NCBI GenBank assembly: GCA_035693145.1
Contig: DASSHA010000037.1
Coordinates: 1 to 60,193, forward strand
From: Candidatus Limnocylindrales bacterium
Lineage (GTDB): Bacteria; Chloroflexota; Limnocylindria; Limnocylindrales; CSP1-4
Reading direction: 5' to 3'
DNA: 60,193 bases
In this document: piece after piece, positions 8,954 through 15,665 of the stretch
Layout: the number at the start of each line of letters is the position of its first letter
Numbering within the stretch: position 1 is the first letter of the stretch
The notes under the pieces: model-generated
The model's input: the letters and a program-made list of their open reading frames with translations, nothing else
What the model was told of the DNA's origin: nothing
Database searches by the model: none
Position numbers and translations under genes: made by a program

Positions 8954-10198
8954 ATGGTCCCGATCGTGCGCCGGGAGGGACGCGTGGCGCTCGTCATCGG
9001 ACCGCCGGGCTGGCGTTCGCTGGTCGCGCCACTGCGCGAGGCCGGCTGGCTGCTGATCGGGCTGAAGGTCATCCTGGCGATCCTCGCGCTGTACCTCATC
9101 GGCACCGAAACGGTTCCCGGACCATGCAACTTCGAGCTCGCGCGGAACGGCTGGACGACGATTCCGCCGCTCGACGACCGGGGCGCGGGTTTCCTTCTCG
9201 CGGGCGTGTGGCAGCGGTGGGATGCCTGCTGGCTCGGCAAGATCGCGACGTTCGGCTACGAACCGGGCCTCGATTCGGTGACGTTCTTTCCGGCGATGCC
9301 GTTGGCGATCAGCTGGCTCGCGCCGCTCGTCGGCGGCAGCCTCGCGGTCGCGGGAGAGCTCATCGCGGCGGCAGCCTACCTCGTCGCGATCGTCGCGCTC
9401 TTGCTTCTCGTCGGCGACGACTTCGGAGCGTCAGTGGCGCGTCGCACCGTCCTCTACCTGTCCGCCTTCCCGGCCGCCTTCTTCCTGTTCGCGCCGTTCA
9501 CCGAATCGCTGTTCCTGGCTTCGAGCGCGGTCGCGCTCCTGGGCGCGCGCCGCCAACGCTGGTGGATCGCCGCCGGAGCGGCGCTCATCGCGTCGCTGAC
9601 GCGAACCCAGGGTTTGCTGCTCGTCCTGCCGCTCGGCTGGGAGGCGCTCCGAACGGTTCGGGCGCGCGGGCTCCTGGCCCGCGGCATGCGTCCCGTGGAG
9701 CGGACCGTCGGGCTGCTCGTGCCGGCGCTGGCCGTCAGCCTGCCGGTCTTCGGGTTCGTCGGCTATCTCGCCGCCGCGGTCGTCGTTGCCGGCATCTCAC
9801 CGCTCGACAGCCAGGACGCCTGGGGCGGCCGCAACTTCCACCCACCGTGGGACGTGGCTGCTGCGAGCTGGCAGTGGGTCCTGGACCATCACGACAGCCT
9901 CCAACTCGTGAACCTCGTCACGCTGGCCGCCGCGATAGGCCTCGTCGTCGCCGCTGTCCGCCGGCTGCCGCTGAGCTACACCCTGCTCGCCCTGCCGCAG
10001 CTCGTGCTCCTCGCGACGCGCCTCCAGCCGACCCCGCTGACCGCGACGACCCGCTACGTCCTGGTCGTCTTCCCGGTCTTCGTCGTGCTGGCGCTGCTCG
10101 GGCGGTCGCGCCGGTTCGACCGACTCTGGCTCGTCGGTTCGAGCGTCGGGCTTGCCCTGCTCGCGTCGCAGTTCGTCCGCGGCAGCTTCGTCGCATAG
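8954..10198 (+). CDS. polytopic membrane mannosyltransferase-like protein (PIG-V/GT76-like)
   Basis: WQRWDACWLGKIATFGYEP....TFFPAMPL resembles the W..WD..WY..IA..GY...FFPL motif of PIG-V-type enzymes. ATG 8954 was chosen because track start 8867 would overlap the divergent gene. Confidence 0.6.
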   Translation: MVPIVRREGRVALVIGPPGWRSLVAPLREAGWLLIGLKVILAILALYLIGTETVPGPCNFELARNGWTTIPPLDDRGAGFLLAGVWQRWDACWLGKIATFGYEPGLDSVTFFPAMPLAISWLAPLVGGSLAVAGELIAAAAYLVAIVALLLLVGDDFGASVARRTVLYLSAFPAAFFLFAPFTESLFLASSAVALLGARRQRWWIAAGAALIASLTRTQGLLLVLPLGWEALRTVRARGLLARGMRPVERTVGLLVPALAVSLPVFGFVGYLAAAVVVAGISPLDSQDAWGGRNFHPPWDVAAASWQWVLDHHDSLQLVNLVTLAAAIGLVVAAVRRLPLSYTLLALPQLVLLATRLQPTPLTATTRYVLVVFPVFVVLALLGRSRRFDRLWLVGSSVGLALLASQFVRGSFVA

Positions 10199-10228
10199 AA
10201 GCACCTCGCCCTCGCTCGTCCCGACGCG

Positions 10229-12199
10229 TCAACCGTGCGCCGTGCGGACGTCGTAGACGCGGTAGCTCGCGGTCTGGGCGACGATCGGGAAGCGCTGACG
10301 GAAGGCGTCCTCGTTCGCCCCGAGCTCGGTCCGCTCCTTCGGGCCGATCACGACGAAGTCGATCCCGCTCGACGCCAGCAGCTGCGGCGCATCCGCCGTC
10401 CAGCGCAGGATCTTCGTGGCAACCTGCTGGCGCCCCGTGTAGGGAACGCCCTCGGTCCAGAGCCAGTTCGGATAGCCGACGTAGAGCGTTCGACCGGCGA
10501 GCATCTGGACGGAATCGTGGTTGTCCATCGCGTCCTGGAAGACCGCGTGCGGCGGCGTCCGGGCGACGATCTGCGCCGCGAGATCGACCTGCTCGGCGTC
10601 GAGCATCCGGTACGTGCTCTCGCCGAGTGCCTGGGTCGCGTCCTCGAGGACCCCGGACGCGATCATCGAAACGACCGCGAGCGCGAGCCCGGCACGGAGC
10701 AACGGTCCTCGCCAGCGTTGCCAGAGCCAGACGAGCGCGGCAGCGCTGCCGATCGCGACGGCGAGGAACCAGTAGACGAGGATCTTGTGGTTGTCCCAGT
10801 CCCACGGCTGGAACACGAGGATGTTGCCGGCGACCCAGATCGCCCAGAACGCGAGGAGGACCCGCCGTGTGACGGGCGGGACGATCCGGGCGACGATCAG
10901 CGGCAGGACGCCCAGGACGAGGAACGCGCCCTGGTTCTTGATCCAGAAGATCGGCCAGGCATCGGGTGACGGCTCCGCGGCCGACACCCAGCCGAGCTGG
11001 ACCCGGAGCGACGCGAGGGCGCCGGCGCCGCCGCCGCCGAGCATCAGCAGCTGCGGCGCGGCCACCACGACCCAGACGACGCCGAACAGGATCCAGCCGC
11101 GTGACGGGAGCAGGAAGAAGAGGACGGGCACGACGATCGCAAGCGACAGGAGCGTCGCCAGGTGCGCGAGCGGCAGGAGTCCGGCGATGACGCCGGCGAC
11201 GACCCAGAGCCGCATCGAGCCCGTCTCTCGCGCGCGAAGCGTCGTCCGGACGATCGCGAACGCCATCGGCATCCCGTACAGGAACGCCCGCTGGGACATC
11301 CAGAAGCCCCAGAACATGTTCACCCACTGGAAGTTCGACTCGGTCTTCCAGCGGTAGTCCCACGGCAACGTGACCGGCTGCGGGAGGTTCGCGTCGTTGC
11401 CGAGCAGGCCCTGGATCGTGTTGATCCAGCCGAGGCCTCCGCCCAGCAGGAACAGCCCGACGGTGAGGGCGCCGGCCGTCGGGCTGCCGGTCAGCGCCCG
11501 GGCGAACCCGAACAGCGCGATTGCCGCGACGACGGACAGGACGAGCGAATGGAGCTCGAGCGCTCCGGCCGCCGACAGCCCGAACGGGACGAGGCCCGCC
11601 GCGGTCAGGTCCGAGAGGTAGTGGTAGCCGAACGCGTGGCCGGCGAACCGGGGATGGGTCGGCGGGAAGTTGTTGCCGTCCACGAACGAGCTGACGATGC
11701 CCATGTGGACGGGCCAGTCGCCCCAGACGTTGACATGCGTCGCGTAGATCCCATCGGGGCGGACGTCGACGGCGTTCGGCCAGAAGAGCGCCCACCGAAG
11801 AGCGAACGCAGCCACGATCGCGAACGCGAGCCACGTCCCGGCGTCGCGCGGGAGCCAGTCGCGGATGGACGCCCGCAGGTTGCGCGGCGGGCGCGGCGGG
11901 CGCGGCTCGGCCGGTTCAGCCGGCTCGATGGGTTCCGTCGGTTCGGTCGTCGGCAGCCGTCGCCGCAGCCCGGCGGCGACGAGCAGCACGAGGATCGTCG
12001 CGCCGATGACCGTCGGCAGCGTGAGCGCGCCCTGGACGTCCGAGACGACGAGGATCGCGTCGGACGCGACGACCATGCCGATCGGCGCGCCGTAGCCGAT
12101 CCGCTCGGCTCGGGTGAGGAACGGCAGGCACGCGCCGATGGCCACGACGCCCGCGGCGGCCATCGCGAGGAGCACGGCGACGGCGAGGGCGACGCTCAC
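10229..12199 (-). CDS. large polytopic membrane protein with a C-terminal soluble domain (possibly DUF2298/Chlor_Arch_YYY-like, GT-C-like)
   Basis: 656 aa from GTG 12199. Track start 12373 adds an Arg-rich tail and overlaps dinB. It has many TM segments. PTHPRFAGHAFGYHYLSDL loosely resembles the PWFAG..YYYxG motif. Confidence 0.6.
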   Translation of the reverse strand: MSVALAVAVLLAMAAAGVVAIGACLPFLTRAERIGYGAPIGMVVASDAILVVSDVQGALTLPTVIGATILVLLVAAGLRRRLPTTEPTEPIEPAEPAEPRPPRPPRNLRASIRDWLPRDAGTWLAFAIVAAFALRWALFWPNAVDVRPDGIYATHVNVWGDWPVHMGIVSSFVDGNNFPPTHPRFAGHAFGYHYLSDLTAAGLVPFGLSAAGALELHSLVLSVVAAIALFGFARALTGSPTAGALTVGLFLLGGGLGWINTIQGLLGNDANLPQPVTLPWDYRWKTESNFQWVNMFWGFWMSQRAFLYGMPMAFAIVRTTLRARETGSMRLWVVAGVIAGLLPLAHLATLLSLAIVVPVLFFLLPSRGWILFGVVWVVVAAPQLLMLGGGGAGALASLRVQLGWVSAAEPSPDAWPIFWIKNQGAFLVLGVLPLIVARIVPPVTRRVLLAFWAIWVAGNILVFQPWDWDNHKILVYWFLAVAIGSAAALVWLWQRWRGPLLRAGLALAVVSMIASGVLEDATQALGESTYRMLDAEQVDLAAQIVARTPPHAVFQDAMDNHDSVQMLAGRTLYVGYPNWLWTEGVPYTGRQQVATKILRWTADAPQLLASSGIDFVVIGPKERTELGANEDAFRQRFPIVAQTASYRVYDVRTAHG

Positions 12200-12219
12200 G
12201 GCGGGGCGATCATAGGCGG

Positions 12220-13458
12220 GTGGCCGCGCCGACGATCCTCCATGTCGACCTCGACGCGTTCTTCGCGGCCGTCGAGCAGCGCGACCGGCCCGAGCTGCGT
12301 GGCCGGCCCGTGGTCGTGGGTGGTGGCGGCCCGACGGACAGGGGAGTCGTGTCCGCGGCGAGCTATGAGGCACGCGCGTTCGGTGTCCGCTCGGCGATGC
12401 CGCTGCGAACCGCGGCCGCTCTCTGTCCCGACGCCGTCTTCCTGCCCGTCGACGGACGCAAGTACGACGCCAGCAGCCGCGAGGTCATGGCGATCCTGCG
12501 GCGCTTCAGCCCCGCCGTCGAGCCGGTTTCGATCGACGAGGCGTTCCTCGACGTGACCGGCTCGGGGGTGCTCTTCGGACCCGGCGAGGCGATCGCGCGG
12601 CGGATCAAGGAGGCCGTTCGCGCCGAGGTCGGGCTGACCGTCTCGGTCGGCGTCGGGACGACGAAGCTCGTCGCCAAGATCGCGTCCGATCTGCGCAAGC
12701 CCGACGGGCTCGTCGTCGTCGCGCCCGGCGAGGAGGCCGACTTCCTCGCGCCGCTGCCGATCGGCCGACTGTGGGGCGTCGGACCGGCGACGGCGACGGC
12801 GCTGCGCGAGTACGGGGTGGCGACGATCGGCGACCTGGCGGCGCTGCCGGTCGAGATCCTCGCCCGCCGGTTCGGTCCGCACGGAGCCGGCCTGCACGAC
12901 CGTGCCCTCGGGCGGGACGCGGACCCGGTTGCGGGCGATACCGCCGCCAAGTCGATCGGCCACGAGCACACGTTCGACGTCGATACCGCCGACCGCGAGA
13001 CGATCGAACGAACGCTGCTGGCGATGGCGGACGGCGTGGCCGGGCGTCTTCGATCGGCCGGGCTCCGCGCACGCACGGTCACCGTGAAGATCCGCGACAG
13101 CAGCTTCCGCACCGTGACCCGCCAGCGGACGATCGAGCCGACCGACCTGCCCGAACCCATCTGGACCGCGGCGCTCGAGCTTGCCGAGCCGGAGCTCCGC
13201 GGGATCCGGGTTCGGCTCGTGGGCATCACCGCCTCCCATTTCGAGGAGTCGCCGCAGCTCGCGATGTTCGGTCAGGAGGACGATCGCAAACGTCGCGTCG
13301 TCGAGGCGGCCGACGCGATTCGCCGCCGCTGGGGGTCGCGCGCCGTGGTCCGCGCGCGACTCCTCCGTACGGGTCTGCCGGCGCCGTTCGAGCGTGACCC
13401 GACGACGGCGCCCGAGCGCAGGGTCGGCGTGGAGCGACCGGTCGATCGCGAGGAGTGA
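12220..13458 (+). CDS. dinB: DNA polymerase IV (Y-family, catalytically intact)
   Basis: ILHVDLDAFFAAVEQRD and SIDEAFLDVT are the catalytic acidic motifs; also SASYEARAFGVRSAMP. A beta-clamp-like motif QLAMF lies near the C-terminus. No LexA box is visible in the 20-nt gap upstream. Confidence 0.93.
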   Translation: MAAPTILHVDLDAFFAAVEQRDRPELRGRPVVVGGGGPTDRGVVSAASYEARAFGVRSAMPLRTAAALCPDAVFLPVDGRKYDASSREVMAILRRFSPAVEPVSIDEAFLDVTGSGVLFGPGEAIARRIKEAVRAEVGLTVSVGVGTTKLVAKIASDLRKPDGLVVVAPGEEADFLAPLPIGRLWGVGPATATALREYGVATIGDLAALPVEILARRFGPHGAGLHDRALGRDADPVAGDTAAKSIGHEHTFDVDTADRETIERTLLAMADGVAGRLRSAGLRARTVTVKIRDSSFRTVTRQRTIEPTDLPEPIWTAALELAEPELRGIRVRLVGITASHFEESPQLAMFGQEDDRKRRVVEAADAIRRRWGSRAVVRARLLRTGLPAPFERDPTTAPERRVGVERPVDREE

Positions 13459-13508
13459 AGCGTGACACGCAAGCTGTCACGGACGAGCGCCATCGTCCGC
13501 TCATGGGA

Positions 13509-13538
13509 TTGACATCGAACATCCGTTCGATCTAGAGT
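13509..13538 (+). promoter_or_regulatory. strong sigma-70-type promoter: TTGACA - 18 nt - TAGAGT
   Basis: Seen directly. The -35 is a perfect hexamer, and the first 12 nt TTGACATCGAAC are identical to the lexA promoter/operator (6190-6201, other strand). Confidence 0.6.
13515..13530. promoter_or_regulatory. LexA operator 1 (perfect TCGAAC-atcc-GTTCGA) in the promoter spacer
   Basis: Perfect 16-bp palindromic SOS box of the GAAC-N4-GTTC class. Confidence 0.85.
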
Positions 13539-13547
13539 CCCGACGAA

Positions 13548-13563
13548 GAGAACAGACGTTCGA
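13548..13563. promoter_or_regulatory. LexA operator 2 (GAGAAC-agac-GTTCGA) over the predicted transcript start
   Basis: Both GAAC/GTTC cores are intact. It begins about 10 nt downstream of the -10 hexamer. Confidence 0.75.
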
Positions 13564-13609
13564 ACGCCGCGTGCCCCGGCTGACGACGCGACCACGAAAG
13601 GAGCCGGCG

Positions 13610-13870
13610 ATGGCCATGATCCGAATGGAGCCCGTGCGGGTGGACGTCCGTGCCGACTGGTTCGACGGCCGGCCGCGGGAGATCCGATGGGGCGGCGAGC
13701 GCCTCTCCGTGACGGGCCTCGCGGCGGTTCGGGACGAGCGCTTCGCGTATCCCACCGCGACCGGCCCACGGACGGTCTTCGAGGTCGAGACACCGAAGGC
13801 CCGGCTCGCCCTGAGCTTCGCGCATCGAACCAGGCGCTGGACGATCGAAGGGCTCGATCAGGCGGCCTGA
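13610..13870 (+). CDS. SOS-box-controlled small protein of unknown function (86 aa)
   Basis: AAAGGAG (13597-13603) lies 6 nt before ATG 13610, in frame with track ORF 13571..13870, and third positions are GC-rich. Sequence: MAMIRMEPVRVDVRADWFDGRPREIRWGGERLSVTGLAAVRDERFAYPTATGPRTVFEVETPKARLALSFAHRTRRWTIEGLDQAA. It possibly resembles the ImuB C-terminal module (recall only). Confidence 0.7.
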   Translation: MAMIRMEPVRVDVRADWFDGRPREIRWGGERLSVTGLAAVRDERFAYPTATGPRTVFEVETPKARLALSFAHRTRRWTIEGLDQAA

Positions 13871-13925
13871 CCGAACAGACGCTGCCCGTCGCCGGCTCCT
13901 CCCCGGCGGTCGGGAGTATCCCTCG

Positions 13926-13975
13926 CCGCGAGGCGCGCGCGCCGGTACCGCGCTCGCCTCGCGGTCTTCTCGTGT
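13926..13975 (+). terminator. intrinsic terminator-like hairpin after the small SOS gene
   Basis: CCGCGAGGCG (13926-35) pairs with CGCCTCGCGG (13955-64), and an inner GCGCG/CGCGC helix extends the stem. It is followed by TCTTCTCGTGT. Confidence 0.6.
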
Positions 13976-14007
13976 CCGCACTGGCCCGACCGTCGGTCCG
14001 GCCTCCC

Positions 14008-14013
14008 TACAAT
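14008..14013 (+). promoter_or_regulatory. -10-like TACAAT 6 nt upstream of the fchA GTG (leaderless-style)
   Basis: Seen directly. No SD lies between it and GTG 14020. Confidence 0.4.
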
Positions 14014-14019
14014 CGGTCG

Positions 14020-14712
14020 GTGCCCCACCCGTCGTTCGTGGACCGATCGATCGCCTCGTTCGTCGACGCGCTCGCGTCCGCTGAGCCCGTCCCCGGCGGC
14101 GGAAGCGCGAGCGCCGTTGCCGCGTCGCTCGCCGGCTCGCTCGTCGCGATGGTCGCAGCGCTCTCGGACCGGCCGCGATACGCCGAACACGCGGCGCTCC
14201 ACGCCGCGGCGGGCGAGGCTGGACGGAGGCTCGCGACCCGGGCCCTCGAGCTCGCCGACGAGGACGCCGACGCGTACGCCGCCTTCGCGACGGCGCTCAA
14301 GCTCCCGCGCGACGACGACGACGAGCGCGTCGCCCGGGCCACGGCGCTCGCCTCGGCGGCCCGACGCGCAGCGGAGGTCCCACTCGAGACCGTCGAGGTC
14401 TGTCGCGACGTCGTCGCCATGGCCGAGACGCTCGCGGGACGGAGCAACGCGAACGCATCCTCCGACCTCGTTGTCGCTGCGCTGCTCGCCGACGCGGCTG
14501 CGCGCGCTGCGGCGCTGAACGTGCGCGTGAACCTGCCGTCTGTCGCGGACGCCGACTGGGCCGCGGCCACGGAGCGCCGCGTCGCCGATCTGCTCGCCGA
14601 CGTGACCTCGCTCGTCGAGACGACCGCGGCGACCGTCGCCGGAGGCGAGGACCGCGCTCCGACCGCGACGGCTCCAGCGGGCCCGCCCGCGACCGCCGCA
14701 CTCGATGGATGA
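14020..14712 (+). CDS. fchA: formiminotetrahydrofolate cyclodeaminase / methenyl-THF cyclohydrolase family protein (FTCD_C)
   Basis: FVDALASAEPVPGGGSASAVAASLAGSLVAMVA is the FTCD C-terminal domain signature. GTG 14020 is in frame with track ORF 13687..14712. The stop overlaps the folD ATG (ATGA). Confidence 0.85.
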   Translation: MPHPSFVDRSIASFVDALASAEPVPGGGSASAVAASLAGSLVAMVAALSDRPRYAEHAALHAAAGEAGRRLATRALELADEDADAYAAFATALKLPRDDDDERVARATALASAARRAAEVPLETVEVCRDVVAMAETLAGRSNANASSDLVVAALLADAAARAAALNVRVNLPSVADADWAAATERRVADLLADVTSLVETTAATVAGGEDRAPTATAPAGPPATAALDG

Positions 14713-15626
14713 GTGGACGCTCGGGGCCTCGTCTCCTCCAGGGCGCGCCGATTGCGGCCGAGATCCGGGCCGGGGTCCACGACGACGTCGCCGCCTTCAA
14801 GGCGCGCTACGGGCTCGCGCCGACGCTTGCCGTGGTGCTCGTCGGCCGGGATGCGCCGTCGGCGGTCTACCTCGGCCAGATCCTTCGGAGCTGCCGGAAC
14901 GTCGGGATCTCCGGCCGCCAGGTCGAGCTCAGCGGCCGTGTTTCGGCGGCCGAGCTGCGCTCACGGATCGAGGAGCTGAACCGGGATCCGAGCGTCCACG
15001 GGATCATCGTCCAGATGCCGCTTCCGAAGCGGATCCCACTCTCGACGGTGATCGACGCGCTCGACCCTGCGAAGGACGTCGACGGGCTCCATCCGAGAAA
15101 CGCGGGGTTGATGACGCTCGGGTACGACGGATTCCTGCCGACGACCGCCCAGGCCGCGGTCGAGATCCTCAAGCGATCGGGTGTCGAGATCGACGGTCGA
15201 CGCGCCGCCGTCGTGGGTCGATCCAACGTCGTCGGCAAGCCCGCCGCGATCCTGCTCCTGCGCGAACATGCCTCGGTCACGGTTCTCCATTCCCACAGCC
15301 GCGATCTCGCGAGCCACCTGCGGCGAGCCGAGATCGTCGTCGTGGCCGTGGGGAAGCCCGGGCTCATCACCGGTTCGATGCTCCGACGGGGCGCCGTCGT
15401 CGTCGACGTCGGGATCAACGTCGTCGGCGACCGGATCGTCGGCGATGTCGACTTCGCCTCGGCGAAGGGCGTCGTCTCCGCGATCACGCCGGTCCCGGGC
15501 GGCGTCGGCCCGGTCACCAACGCGCTGCTCATGACCCACGTCCTCAGCGCGGCACGCGCCCAGGTCTCGCGCGAGCGGGCATCGAGCGCGGGCGACGTGC
15601 CTCAGCTCCGACGCGTCGCCCGGTGA
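14709..15626 (+). CDS. folD: bifunctional methylene-THF dehydrogenase / methenyl-THF cyclohydrolase
   Basis: LAVVLVGRDAPSAVYLG, GIIVQMPLP, KDVDGLHP, VVGRSNVVGKP and TPVPGGVGPVT are all FolD hallmarks. Confidence 0.95.
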   Translation: MSGRSGPRLLQGAPIAAEIRAGVHDDVAAFKARYGLAPTLAVVLVGRDAPSAVYLGQILRSCRNVGISGRQVELSGRVSAAELRSRIEELNRDPSVHGIIVQMPLPKRIPLSTVIDALDPAKDVDGLHPRNAGLMTLGYDGFLPTTAQAAVEILKRSGVEIDGRRAAVVGRSNVVGKPAAILLLREHASVTVLHSHSRDLASHLRRAEIVVVAVGKPGLITGSMLRRGAVVVDVGINVVGDRIVGDVDFASAKGVVSAITPVPGGVGPVTNALLMTHVLSAARAQVSRERASSAGDVPQLRRVAR

Positions 15627-15665
15627 CGGCGAGGTGACGGCGCGGTGATAGCGAGGTGACGGCGC
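15622..15665 (+). repeat. 11-bp tandem repeat x4 (GGTGACGGCGA / GGTGACGGCGC / GGTGATAGCGA / GGTGACGGCGC) bridging the folD stop and fhs start
   Basis: Read base by base. Each unit carries GTGA, that is, a GTG start overlapping a TGA stop. Confidence 0.9.

Noticed and set aside
9124-11834. ORFs 9124..10872 (+, 582 aa) and 9918..11834 (-, 638 aa) across the membrane-protein genes
   Set aside because: The translations are extremely Arg/Pro-rich. The alternative frames encode coherent multi-TM proteins, so these are shadow ORFs.
15623-15631. GTGACGGCG in the folD-fhs repeat as a ZTP (pfl) riboswitch core, since ZTP riboswitches often control folD/fhs
   Set aside because: The conserved core as I recall it is GUGACUGGCG, plus a distal CCGCCUGGGC pseudoknot partner. 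Neither the U nor any CCGCCTGGG element is present near 13871-14019 or 15600-15700.
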